Positions 10,921 through 20,805 of a DNA stretch of 64,000 nt are shown here, one piece after another. The notes below the pieces were generated by a model. The model saw only the letters and a program-made list of their open reading frames with translations, was not told the DNA's origin and did no database searches. Where the stretch lies: contig CAVYAN010000041.1 in assembly GCA_963766075.1 (NCBI GenBank), positions 1-64,000 of the forward strand. The letters are read 5' to 3'. The DNA comes from an uncultured cyanobacterium (GTDB taxonomy: Bacteria > Cyanobacteriota > Cyanobacteriia > Leptolyngbyales > Leptolyngbyaceae). Within the stretch, counting starts at the first letter, position 1; the number at the start of each line of letters is the position of its first letter. A program made the translations under genes and the position numbers.

Positions 10921-11559
10921 AGTTTTACCTGTGGAGTTCTAAAACTGTTCTTCCTCCGTTATCTTACAACCAGTCGTACTTTAGTTTTACAGCCAGTCAA
11001 ACTTTGTTGCTCAAAATCGGTTATGACCTCAACCTGGTGCCTTTTCCGCCGCCAACAGCAGAAAGCTAGCAGAGCAGAAAGCTGGCAGCTTTTCCACTTC
11101 TGGTTGCACCAACCTCTCTTTCGATACCTGACGACAAGATTAAGGACTCTTCGCCTACCGTCATAGGTGACCGGATAGCGTACATGGGCCACTAAACGGT
11201 TGATCATGGCGTGCGGTGGGATTGTTGCCTTAAGGGCGGTCAAGGATAGGGAAGCTACCATCACAGTGCTTCAGCGCCATTTCGGCTTGAAAGCTGCGGC
11301 GAGACACGAGATCTATTTTGGATGCCGCAAGATGCAGATCTTTGATCGGGCAAGGGGGCAGTGACGGGAGGGCTGAATACCCTATGTTTGTGCCCATCGA
11401 CCTATTGAAACGCGAGAGCTATTCTACTCAACTCGGGTTTTCTGGGAATCGTCTTACCAGGCCACCAGCAGCGGAGCGTCGTGTACTCTATAAGACGATT
11501 CAGAGTTTTTCTGAATCAAGGATTAGAATTGATACTACAGGATAAGAAATCTTAAAACT

Positions 11560-12696
11560 ATGAATAAGTAAGGGTTAGCCAAAGCACCTTTACGCCCTGG
11601 ATATTTCACGGGGATTCGCGGCATTATCAGTTGTGCTTTGGCATTGGCAACATTTTGCGAACAAAGGGAATTTTCTGCCCCAGAACTTTGCCCGAGAAAG
11701 TCAGCCACTGTATAAAATATTGCGATTATTTTATGAAAAAGGGGAAGCGGGAGTTGAGTATTTCTTTCTACTTTCAGGTTTTATTTTTTTCTGGCGCTAT
11801 AAAGAATCCATTCAGACCAAGGCCACGAGTGCTTGGACATTTAGTGTGCAACGATTCTCAAGACTTTACCCATTACATTTGGTTACGTTGGTAGTGGTTG
11901 GTGTATTGCAAGAACTTTATACGTATCGTGAGGGGGTTTCATTCGTATATCCCTACAACGATGCATACCATTTCTTTCACAATTTATGTTTCGCGTCCAG
12001 TTGGGGTCTAGAGAAAGGTGGCTCATTTAATGCGCCCATATGGTCAGTATCTATAGAGGTACTGCTATATGCTATTTTTCCTTAACCTCTATGTTTCGCC
12101 AAGAAAAATATGGTTTTGCTTATCTATTTCGCTAGTATCAGTTATTTTTTAATATGGAACTTCCTATGACTTATTCGATGGACTGGCCTGCTTCTTTCTG
12201 GGTGGAATAGTATTCCAATTAATACGTAATAATATCAATCCAAGGCCAGTTATTGAAAATACCAATTTATTTCATTGCTGTTTTAGCTTAGTCTTGTGTC
12301 ATTATTAATTACTATTTCTTTGGCTTCAATATTTTCGTTTTAGGACTTGGGAAAATCGGAAAAACTTTCTTCGATGCATTATTAAGCTATATTCTCTTTC
12401 CTTTTACGGTGTGTAGTCTTGCACTTATTGAAATTGATAAAGGAGCATTTGTGCGGTCCATTTCCTGGGTGGGATATATTACTTACTCGTCATATTTGAT
12501 CCATTTTCCATTGCAATTATTAGTTGACCTAGCTGTCAGCTACGGTCTACTGAATTCTGATTTTTGTATGAATTTATTCTGTTTTCCCATCTACTTTTTG
12601 GTCTTGATTCTCTTGTCCTACATGGTATTTGTCAAGTTTGAACGCCCTATACAAAAAATGATTAGGAGTCGGCTTCTACAGCCAAATAAGGTATAG
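11560..12696 (+). pseudogene. Acyltransferase-3 (OafA/YrhL-like) membrane O-acyltransferase, multiply disrupted and AT-rich
   Basis: LDISRGFAALSVVLWH, GVEYFFLLSGF, RFSRLYPLH, WSVSIEVLLY and G.ITYSSYLIHFP..FERP motifs across several frames with stops. Confidence 0.8.
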
Positions 12697-12742
12697 TTAC
12701 TGATGCGGTAGAAGTGTAGAAATTATCTAATCGATACTATTG

Positions 12743-12790
12743 ATGATCCATCTATTTATTGCAATCAATTGCAATAAATAGATGGATCAT
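12743..12790. repeat. Perfect 23 bp inverted repeat with a 2 nt spacer between convergent genes
   Basis: ATGATCCATCTATTTATTGCAAT-CA-ATTGCAATAAATAGATGGATCAT. Confidence 0.9.
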
Positions 12791-12825
12791 GGTGAGGTAA
12801 GATTGCCTGCCAAAGTCCAAATGGC

Positions 12826-13416
12826 CTAGGCGATGATTTCAACCGCGCCGTGATCAAGGTTGTATTGTGCTCCGACCACGTTGAGCCTGTCGTCCTGTAC
12901 GAATTCGGCAACGGGCATGGATGATTTTAATTGTTCTACCACCAGCCTTATATTGGCCCGCACGGCATTATCGAGGAGGTCGCCCGATTCATTTTTGGCT
13001 CTGTCTACAGCGGGTTGGATGGCACTGAGTAGCGTGCTGATATGTCCCGGTACTTCCGCATGTTTGACCGTTGCGGCAACCGCGCCACAGCGTTCATGCC
13101 CCAGTACCAGAACCAACGATGTCCCCAGTTCTTCGACGGCATACTCAATGCTGCCCAAGATGGCATCGTCGAGAATATTTCCCGCGACCCGAATGACAAA
13201 GAGATCGCCGAGGCCCTGATCAAAGATGATCTCCGGTGGTACCCGTGAATCGGCACAGCCCAGGATCACGGCAAAGGGGTGTTGTCCGGCGGCCAGGGCT
13301 CGCATACGACTTCCTGACTGGTGATGGTGCACCAGTTGATCGGTGACATAGCGCTGGTTGCCAGCAATGAGCTTTTCGAGAGCGTGATGGGCATTCATGG
13401 AGGATGGGTTGACCAT
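12826..13416 (-). CDS. Beta-class carbonic anhydrase
   Basis: GCADSRV, GDLFVIRVAGN and GHERCGAV zinc-ligand motifs. Confidence 0.93.
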   Translation of the reverse strand: MVNPSSMNAHHALEKLIAGNQRYVTDQLVHHHQSGSRMRALAAGQHPFAVILGCADSRVPPEIIFDQGLGDLFVIRVAGNILDDAILGSIEYAVEELGTSLVLVLGHERCGAVAATVKHAEVPGHISTLLSAIQPAVDRAKNESGDLLDNAVRANIRLVVEQLKSSMPVAEFVQDDRLNVVGAQYNLDHGAVEIIA

Positions 13417-13597
13417 AGAGGCTTTTTCGTTGCTAGCTTATCACCCTGTCTTCTGGTAAATAGAGTGCTAGCCAACACTTTGTGTCCAATTCTTTTTGAG
13501 TCCAATACTGTGCGGGCGATCGCCAATCTTGTCGGGAAACAACGTCCGGTTGCCCGATGAGAGGTTCCCAGTAAGAACGATGGATTCCGGAGAGAGA

Positions 13598-14449
13598 CTA
13601 TAGCTTATGTTCCGTCACTAACGTCAAGCTGATCCATTCGCCCTGGGCGTTGTAGCTCCGAATCAACCGTTGCCGGAGCGTCGGCTGTAACAACCAGCCC
13701 ACTTCTAGGAAAAAGGGCTGCCTCACCTGAATTTGGGTGGGACAATTCACCGAAGCCCCATCTGGCAGCAGTAATACTTGAATTGGCTGCGCTCCTTGCT
13801 GAAATTGCAAACAATCATCCCCGATCATTGCGGTAGAGGTTACGGTGTGCGGTGCGTCTTCCCGCCCAAACGTGAGGCTTTGGTTGAGGGAAGGTCCGTC
13901 CCGTCTAACCGTCAGAGTAGTGGGATACCGCTCTGGATTGCGCCAATCGGGGTATAGCGTCACGGCAGTTCCTTGCCAGGTGCCCACCAGATTATCCACC
14001 TGCAACTTGGGCCGTTCCGGGGCGTTTGTGCTCGCCCGCTGCTCTCGAATCAGGGTAATTTGCCGCAGGTGACTGTCAGGGGCAAACAATAGCACGAGGC
14101 GCAGGCGGCGATTGCCTGCAGAGAATCGCCCTTCAGTTCCGTCAGCGATCGCATCAATCAATCCAAATTCTGCACCAAACTCTGCCGTGCGGGCAAATTG
14201 CAGAGATCCTTGGGAAAAGGCTCCCTGCTCGAAAAAGAGAATGCTGCGGTTCAGGGTGCTGTAATTCAAGACTAAATCCGAGGACCCTGTGCGTTTTAAC
14301 GTGAGGCAAGCCTGCTGCGGATCGCGATCGCCCGTTAAGGTGAGCACACTGGCTCGATCATCCACGACAACGCCATTAGGCGTGAGCTGCGTAAATGACC
14401 CGTGCCATTCACCCGCATTCTGTAAATGGCAGTCCCATTGCGATTTCAT
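13598..14449 (-). CDS. DUF3598 family protein
   Basis: QW...LQNAGEWHGSFT start, FFEQGAFSQG, GTWQG and LLPDGAS..P..FFLEVGW typical of this cyanobacterial family. Confidence 0.7.
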   Translation of the reverse strand: MKSQWDCHLQNAGEWHGSFTQLTPNGVVVDDRASVLTLTGDRDPQQACLTLKRTGSSDLVLNYSTLNRSILFFEQGAFSQGSLQFARTAEFGAEFGLIDAIADGTEGRFSAGNRRLRLVLLFAPDSHLRQITLIREQRASTNAPERPKLQVDNLVGTWQGTAVTLYPDWRNPERYPTTLTVRRDGPSLNQSLTFGREDAPHTVTSTAMIGDDCLQFQQGAQPIQVLLLPDGASVNCPTQIQVRQPFFLEVGWLLQPTLRQRLIRSYNAQGEWISLTLVTEHKL

Positions 14450-14459
14450 AGCGGGAATT

Positions 14460-15215
14460 TCATAGCAGGCCGTCCCGCTCTAGCTCTTCAATGACCTGCA
14501 ATGCCCGTGGATCGCCCAACTTCAACAATGCCGATCGCGCATCTTCTCGCACGCCCAATTCTTCGTCTTCGACCAGCGTCTCAATCAGCGCATCCACCGC
14601 CGTGGCATAGATCACATTGGAGGGCAATTCGCGACAAAGCTGGCCAATGGACCATGCACAGTTGCTGCGAACGGCGGCGATCGCGTCTTTCCGCATCGCT
14701 TCAATTAAACGCGGAATTGTTGTAATGACAGCCTCGTAGCCCACAGTGGCCATTTGCGCTAAGGCACTGGCCGCCCACAGGCGCACCGCCGAAATGTCTG
14801 TTTTCAGGGCATCAATCAACGGGTCCAGGGCACGGCGATCGCGGCAGTTGCCCAAGGCCCAAACCACTCCTTTCCTCACGTAGCCATTGAAATCCTGATT
14901 AAAGCGCTCAATCAGCGGTTCCACCGCGCTACTGCTTGGATTTCGGCCCAACGCATAGGCCGCACTCACCCGCACCAGCGGACAGGCATCCACTAATAAA
15001 TGAATCAACTTGGGAATGGCGCGTGGTTCCTCCAATTCACAAAAGGCGCGCGCAGCCCGCATCCGCTGAGTCGCATCTGGCGAGTCCAGCAATAGCAACA
15101 TTTCCTCTGGATCCGGCTTGGGCAAATCTGTCAGGTCATCGACAGGCTCCATGTGGTCTAGAGGACTTTCCAGCTCCATGTCTGCATCAAGCAGCCTAAA
15201 GTCGTCGTCATACAT
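14460..15215 (-). CDS. HEAT repeat (PBS lyase-like) protein
   Basis: Repeated VR..AA.ALG / VRKGVVWALG HEAT motifs. Confidence 0.85.
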   Translation of the reverse strand: MYDDDFRLLDADMELESPLDHMEPVDDLTDLPKPDPEEMLLLLDSPDATQRMRAARAFCELEEPRAIPKLIHLLVDACPLVRVSAAYALGRNPSSSAVEPLIERFNQDFNGYVRKGVVWALGNCRDRRALDPLIDALKTDISAVRLWAASALAQMATVGYEAVITTIPRLIEAMRKDAIAAVRSNCAWSIGQLCRELPSNVIYATAVDALIETLVEDEELGVREDARSALLKLGDPRALQVIEELERDGLL

Positions 15216-15321
15216 ATAGCTAACTTTACCGCACCACGCACCCCATCCCGTCTGCTATGCCAACTTCAGTATCAGGATATTCAGGAATATCCTAGGATTT
15301 GTTGCAATATGTATAAATTCT

Positions 15322-15349
15322 GTTATATTTGTTTACATAAGGTTACATT
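15322..15349 (+). promoter_or_regulatory. HLR1 (RpaB/SrrA-binding) direct repeat upstream of the hli gene
   Basis: TTTACATA-AG-GTTACATT (15332-15349) matches (G/T)TTACA(T/A)(T/A)-N2 repeat; a third half-site GTTATATT lies 10 nt upstream. Confidence 0.8.
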
Positions 15350-15373
15350 TCAGCCAAGCCAGGAGCAGGGACT

Positions 15374-15583
15374 ATGAGAAGCGGGTTAGTGAATGAAGAG
15401 CAAGGAAGAACTAACATTTTCGCGGTTGAGCCGAAAATGTACGTCACTGAGGAGCCTCAGTTTGGCTTCAATGTTAAGGCAGAACTGCTCAATGGCCGTC
15501 TGGCTATGATTGGCTTCGTTTCCCTGCTGGTGCTAGAAGTGGTCACAGGAAGTGGCCTGATTGGATTCCTGTCTAATCTTTAA
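15374..15583 (+). CDS. hli: High light inducible protein (HLIP/SCP)
   Basis: N.FAVEPKMY..GF...AELLNGRLAMIGF chlorophyll-binding helix; AGGAG RBS. Confidence 0.93.
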   Translation: MRSGLVNEEQGRTNIFAVEPKMYVTEEPQFGFNVKAELLNGRLAMIGFVSLLVLEVVTGSGLIGFLSNL

Positions 15584-15669
15584 GGTTTAAGGTGAATTCT
15601 AAGTTTTTGGGGTGTTGTCCCTTTACGGGGTGACTGCAAAATTGAAAAGTGTGGCTCTAGACAATGTAT

Positions 15670-15701
15670 AAAGCCCCAGCGCATGGCTGGGGCTTTTTTT
15701 T
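15670..15701 (+). terminator. Rho-independent terminator
   Basis: AAAGCCCCAGC-GCATG-GCTGGGGC followed by a T run. Confidence 0.85.
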
Positions 15702-15734
15702 GATTAGGGATAGAAGAACTTCCTGATGGGGAAA

Positions 15735-16466
15735 CTATTGCGGCGATCGCTGACTTTTCTGGACATCTGATTTAAGGCGTTCTAAGTCACAGTAGCGATC
15801 GGCAACCGCGATCAAGTGCTCATTAGTCATAGAACGAAGTCCCACCACTTCTACCTGCACGCCCCGATAAGTGACATGATTGACAGCATAGGCGAGATCT
15901 CCGTCACCACTGAGTAAAACCATGGTGTCGCAGTGGTGAGACAGCGTCATCATATCCACAGCAATTTCCACATCCAGATCCGCTTTTTTGGAGCCATCGG
16001 GCAACTGCATGAGATCTTTGGTTACCACTCGGTAGCCATTGCGCCGCATCCAGAGCAGGAAGCCTTGTTGTTTCTCATTCTGGGGGTCAACCCCGGTGTA
16101 GAAATAGGCACGCACCAGTCGTCGTCCCTGGGTCAGATGACAAAGCAGCTTCGCGTAGTCTACTTCAATGCCAAGCTTCAGCGCCGAATAGAAAAGGTTG
16201 GCCCCGTCGATGAAAATCACCACTCGTTCGGTGAGAGCAGCCTCCGCCCAGTGGACGTGGGGCAGAACAACGGTGTCATTGGTGGAATCAATGAGCCGCA
16301 GGCTGGGAGCAGGCGGATCGTTCGGCGAATCGGGTAGGGAATCTGGCACGGGCGATCGCCCCAAGGGGTTCTGTAAAAAATAAAGATCCCGCGACGGCTT
16401 AGGCAAAGGCTGAATCATCATTATCTCCGTAGGCAGTGATGGGCAGGGTGCGTGGTCCGAGCACAA
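15735..16466 (-). CDS. NYN domain (LabA/DUF88) protein; start uncertain
   Basis: IFIDGANLFY, RAYFYTG, KKADLDVEIAVDM and LLSGDGDL motifs. Confidence 0.88.
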   Translation of the reverse strand: MCSDHAPCPSLPTEIMMIQPLPKPSRDLYFLQNPLGRSPVPDSLPDSPNDPPAPSLRLIDSTNDTVVLPHVHWAEAALTERVVIFIDGANLFYSALKLGIEVDYAKLLCHLTQGRRLVRAYFYTGVDPQNEKQQGFLLWMRRNGYRVVTKDLMQLPDGSKKADLDVEIAVDMMTLSHHCDTMVLLSGDGDLAYAVNHVTYRGVQVEVVGLRSMTNEHLIAVADRYCDLERLKSDVQKSQRSPQ

Positions 16467-16762
16467 GAGATGTGGTCCGAGCGGTGGTGAACTGGATCAC
16501 GAATAAACCTGCGGCCATGGCACCAGGATGACTCTGTGATAAAAAATCTGGACTTGAAAATCTGGATTTTCTTTAGATTTGCCCCTTAGAATGCTAACGC
16601 TTTGTTACAGTCGTGGGTATTTCCTGTAATAGTTCTCAATATAGATGGTTTGCATAGCCACTCCATGACACATCAGGCGCTCCTCATGCCAAGGAGCACC
16701 AGCTAGTTTAGATAGAGCCGGCAGGCTACAGTCGAGTTAGCAGACTCAGGATCCTCCCTGTT

Positions 16763-18130
16763 CTATCCCTCGCTGCGCCCGGTTACCGACAAACCTTCCA
16801 CAATCAGCGATGGCGTATACATCGAGCCATTCCAGTCGGCATCGTTGCCCAGTTCGGCGACATGCTTCAGCGCAGTATACACATTGCCCGACACCATGGT
16901 GTCCTTCACCCGCCCCATCACCTGCCCATTTTTGACCCAGTAGCCCAAGTCTACATTGATGGAAAAATCGCCGGAAATCCCGGCGCTGCCCCCGAGCATC
17001 TGGTCAATGATCAAGCCATTGTCGAGGCTGGCGATCAGTTCCAGAAACGACTTGCGGGCTGTGGTCCCCCGTCCGGGGGTAATGATGCAGTTGAATAGAC
17101 CGGGGGTGGGATAGCTGCCCAGGCCAGGGCGAAAGCCGTTGCCCGTGCTGCCACTGCCGATCGCCCGTCCCGTGGTTAAATCGGCATAAAATAACCGCAG
17201 ATAGCCATCCTCGATAAAGGTAATGGGCCGAGTGGGAGTGCCCTCGTCGTCAAAGGGACAGCTATAGGGGCCCAGGTCGGGCTGCTGGCCCAGGCTGAGG
17301 GCGGGGGAAAGGACCTGTTGGTTTAGGCGATCGCTCCAGGGTGATGCGCCCTCGATCACTTGTTTACCACTCAATGCGGCCTGCACCGTGCCCCACAGCA
17401 TGTCGGCAGCTTTGGAGGTGAACAGCACCGGCACCTTGCCGACGGGAGGTGCAACATTTTCTCTCGCCCACTCTAAACGCTGCAAAATTTGCTGGGCGAT
17501 CGCTAGGGGATCCAAACTGCCCCGCTGGGTTTGCCCATCCGCCACGCTGAGAAAGTCATCCCCCCGTACCCATTCGGCGGACAGGTAGCCGCTCAGAGTC
17601 GTGTCCGTATAGCCGCAGTCTAAGCCTTGGGAATTCATCAAGCGGACAGTTTCCGCCTCGCATTCCCATTCGGCGGTGCAGAGAATTTCGGGAGAGGCGG
17701 TGCGGACATGGGCGATCGCCTGTTTTCCCCAGTCCACCAACTGCTCCACCGCCACGCTGGTCCCCACGTCGGTATAGATTTGCCGGGAAGCCGCAGCCAG
17801 TTCAATCGGCTCCGGCTCATTTAATTGGCTAATGGCTAGCGCCCGGTCTACTAAAGTCTGGGCTTCCACTGCGCCATAGGCCACGGCTAACCCTGGTCGT
17901 CCCTGTCGCCACAGGCGCAAGGCCATGCCCTCTGCCTGTGCGCTTTCCAACTGCTTCAGCCGATTGGCTTCAAAAAAAACCGGACGGGAGAGCGACTGGG
18001 TGTAATAAACCTCGGCGGCTTCCGCTCCGGCTTTGGCAGCCAGATCCAAGAGTTGTTCAGCCAACTGTTCGGCCAGTTGTTCGGCCAAGGGCTCGGTAGG
18101 CGTAGGCGAATTTGGGATATCGGCGGGCAT
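16763..18130 (-). CDS. TldD/PmbA family protein (PmbA/TldE-like)
   Basis: AEAAEVY..FEANRLK, PFDDEGTP, STGNGFR and SGDFS..G.V.GRVKDTMVSGN. Confidence 0.88.
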   Translation of the reverse strand: MPADIPNSPTPTEPLAEQLAEQLAEQLLDLAAKAGAEAAEVYYTQSLSRPVFFEANRLKQLESAQAEGMALRLWRQGRPGLAVAYGAVEAQTLVDRALAISQLNEPEPIELAAASRQIYTDVGTSVAVEQLVDWGKQAIAHVRTASPEILCTAEWECEAETVRLMNSQGLDCGYTDTTLSGYLSAEWVRGDDFLSVADGQTQRGSLDPLAIAQQILQRLEWARENVAPPVGKVPVLFTSKAADMLWGTVQAALSGKQVIEGASPWSDRLNQQVLSPALSLGQQPDLGPYSCPFDDEGTPTRPITFIEDGYLRLFYADLTTGRAIGSGSTGNGFRPGLGSYPTPGLFNCIITPGRGTTARKSFLELIASLDNGLIIDQMLGGSAGISGDFSINVDLGYWVKNGQVMGRVKDTMVSGNVYTALKHVAELGNDADWNGSMYTPSLIVEGLSVTGRSEG

Positions 18131-18161
18131 GGGGCACGGCAGCAGAGGGACAATAGCCAGA

Positions 18162-19022
18162 TTACGCTAAGTTGATCCCTTGTAATAGCCAAAATCCGGC
18201 AAAGGCTTCCGTGTTCGGGTCGGTTTGAACAGCAAGGAAGTGGACTCCAGCCGCCCGTTGTTTCGCGGCTTCAAACTGCTGTGCTTCGGTTTGCAGGGTG
18301 GGGCTAGTCAGGGCTGCGAGGATCCAGCGATCGGCGATGCCGGTTTCTAGATGTAGTTGAGGGGCTACTTCCGTATCGAATTTCACCTCCGCCAGGTCTA
18401 ACCCGGACATCCAGGCGGCGAGGGGGGTTGCGCGGCTGGAGTAGATGATCAGTCCAGGAATCAAGGTTTCGGGAGCCACACCGCTCAGACCAAGGGGAAA
18501 GGTTTCGCCAAAGCCGATCGCCCATTCCGCCAGGTCATCGAATGCGTGGGCCGCCAGGGTAACGAACTGCCATTTTTCACCCCGCAGGGCATCAGGTAGG
18601 GCTTGGGGCTTGGTTTTAGCAAAGTTGACGCTAGCATTGCTACCCGGTTGAAAGCCTGCCTGGTTGGGATAAACTTCGGCAAGACGCTGGGGTAGCCATT
18701 GGTTTAGGGCTAGGGTGCGGCGACTGAGTTGGGCCGGAATCCCTGCTTCATCACAGGCTTTGACGATCATATTGTTCATGGCTTGGCGAAAGAAGCGAAT
18801 CCGATCCGGTGGCGCAGGAGCCTGGGCGATCGCCTCTTCCAGGGCTGCCTTGAGCCAAATGGAGTTCACCTCTGAATTCGAGCAAAATTTAGCGTAGCGA
18901 AAGGTCTTGTCGGGCTCATAGCGTGTCCCCACGGGACTTTCGCAAATCAGCACTTCCCAGACCTTTTTCTTGTTTTCATCCAAGATCGGTCGGGAATAAA
19001 AATCGAGTTCCCAAATCACCAT
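18162..19022 (-). CDS. Tab2/Atab2 family RNA-binding protein (DUF1092)
   Basis: IWELDFYSRPILDENKKKVWEVLIC..RFFR..LPDALRGEKW..AGFWLL. Confidence 0.9.
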   Translation of the reverse strand: MVIWELDFYSRPILDENKKKVWEVLICESPVGTRYEPDKTFRYAKFCSNSEVNSIWLKAALEEAIAQAPAPPDRIRFFRQAMNNMIVKACDEAGIPAQLSRRTLALNQWLPQRLAEVYPNQAGFQPGSNASVNFAKTKPQALPDALRGEKWQFVTLAAHAFDDLAEWAIGFGETFPLGLSGVAPETLIPGLIIYSSRATPLAAWMSGLDLAEVKFDTEVAPQLHLETGIADRWILAALTSPTLQTEAQQFEAAKQRAAGVHFLAVQTDPNTEAFAGFWLLQGINLA

Positions 19023-19035
19023 GACACCGAATGCC

Positions 19036-19947
19036 TCACTCTCCCAACAGGACTTTCCGCGCGCGTTCGTAGCGGTCTTCGGCTTCCGCTTGTACGTCGG
19101 CGGTTTTCTCAATCATTTCGCCGGGAAAGTTTTCCAGGGGCTTGGTGGTCAGGGAAATTTTGCCCTGGCCTGCGTCTAGATTGGCAATCAACGCTTTAAT
19201 CGGTTGGCCGATTTGGAACAGCTTGCCCAGGGATTCAACGTAGTTTTTGCTGATTTGGTTGATGTGCAGCAGGGCAGTGGCCCCACCGGCCAGATCAACA
19301 AACACACCAAAGGGTTTGAGGCTGGTGACTTTCCCTTCCACCAATTGGCCGAGTTCTAACTGACTAAAGGCTACCGATCGCGTTGCCAAACGATTCGAGA
19401 GTACCAGCTTTTTCGCCGCTGGATTACATTCCAAAATACTGGCGCTGAGGGTGGTCCCCACCAAGGAGTCAAGGTCTTCCCGCTCAACCAAATGCGATCG
19501 CGGGATGAAACCCCTTAATCCCTTAGCATTCACCGTGACCCCGCCCTTGTTCACCCCAGTCACGCGCACCTGCAAGCTTTGGGTTTCTGGCAGCTCAGCC
19601 AACTGGTCCCACACTTTCTTGATTTCCAAGGCCCGCAGGGAAAGGGTCAATTGCCCATCCGCATCTTGATCCCGAATAATCAGAAAATCCCGTTCTTCAT
19701 CCAGCGGCACCACTGCCGACACGTCCTTGATGGCCTGGACACTCGCTTCTACCGCAGGCAAAAAAGCAGGGGACTTTGCGCCAATATCCACCAGTGCGCC
19801 ATCGCTTTCATAGCCACACACCTTGCCCTTCACCACTTGGCCCTTTTGAAACGCGTAGTTGAACTGTTCCAGCGCCTTTGCAAAGTCATCCATGGAAAAA
19901 GATGCTTCGGTAGACACTGCAGTGACGGGAGAGGACTTGGAGTTCAT
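19036..19947 (-). CDS. S1 RNA-binding domain protein (ribosomal protein S1 homolog)
   Basis: Three S1 repeats (VDIGAKSPAFLP, GLRGFIPRSHL, FGVFVDL..ALLHI). Confidence 0.88.
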   Translation of the reverse strand: MNSKSSPVTAVSTEASFSMDDFAKALEQFNYAFQKGQVVKGKVCGYESDGALVDIGAKSPAFLPAVEASVQAIKDVSAVVPLDEERDFLIIRDQDADGQLTLSLRALEIKKVWDQLAELPETQSLQVRVTGVNKGGVTVNAKGLRGFIPRSHLVEREDLDSLVGTTLSASILECNPAAKKLVLSNRLATRSVAFSQLELGQLVEGKVTSLKPFGVFVDLAGGATALLHINQISKNYVESLGKLFQIGQPIKALIANLDAGQGKISLTTKPLENFPGEMIEKTADVQAEAEDRYERARKVLLGE

Positions 19948-20166
19948 GGGAACATGCTGCTTAATTGGCTTTCCTACTATACAACGGGAATCGGGGCCAA
20001 CGACGATGGGAGCAAAGGGTCGCGATTATCGGAGTCGTGATGTGTCCACATATTTTTAATTTTGCATTTTTAATGCAACCTCCCTACATTCAGCCTGCCT
20101 GTATTAGGATTGGGCATTAATATCTGGGTTGTTTAAAGGTCTGGGTTGTCTAAAGGTGGAAACATC

Positions 20167-20589
20167 ATGAATCCGTGGTGGCATTTCAAACAGTTGCCCT
20201 GGCGATCACTGATCCCAGTGGCGCTTTTGACAGTACTCAGCGTGGTGGTGCTGGAAGTTTTGCTGGCGCTAGGGGCACAGAGTATTCCTGGGATTGCGTC
20301 ATTATTCAACCTGCTGCTTGCCGATGGGCTGGGTCACCTGACCCTACTGGCTGTGGCTGTAGCTGTGGGTGCCTTGGCTGTCGTGTGGTTCGAGTATATG
20401 GACCGAAACCGGATTACGACTCGTAGTTTGTGGGGATTGGTCCTGTGTTTGGCGATCGCCTTTGTCTTGCGCCAACTCCTCCCGATTTCCCCCTGGCTAT
20501 TCCAGATTGACTATGCCCCCCTGATGGGAATGATCGTCGGCGTGTTTTGGAAAGGCGGGAAATATTGGCGATCGTACCAGCGCTGGTAA
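20167..20589 (+). CDS. Conserved hypothetical membrane protein
   Basis: Several hydrophobic helices; P..FKQLPW start and GVFWKG..YW end. Confidence 0.65.
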   Translation: MNPWWHFKQLPWRSLIPVALLTVLSVVVLEVLLALGAQSIPGIASLFNLLLADGLGHLTLLAVAVAVGALAVVWFEYMDRNRITTRSLWGLVLCLAIAFVLRQLLPISPWLFQIDYAPLMGMIVGVFWKGGKYWRSYQRW

Positions 20590-20633
20590 TTCTCCCTTAA
20601 CTTTGGGTATCCAAACTTGCGCTACAAACCACT

Positions 20634-20773
20634 AAGGTGATTTCCCACAGATAATACATCTGCTGGCTACGGCTCCATTCCGCCAAAGAGAAATTGCTCC
20701 CTGAGCGAAGTCGAAGGGAGCAAAGTCGAAAAGAAAAATTTCGGTCGATATAATTTTTCCTGATAAATCTCCT
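20634..20773. repeat. REP-like hairpin (TGAGCGAAGTCGAAG type) inside degenerate MITE-like ends
   Basis: TTGCTCCCT-GAGCGAAGTCGA-AGGGAGCAA near 20695-20723; flanks loosely resemble the GGGACTTCCA..AATAA ends. Confidence 0.5.
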
Positions 20774-20805
20774 ACCTTGCGCCGCAGACGTAATCGTTTC
20801 CCCGT

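Noticed and set aside
10959..11545. ORFs upstream of petE
   Set aside because: No recognisable motifs; may be gene debris but cannot be called
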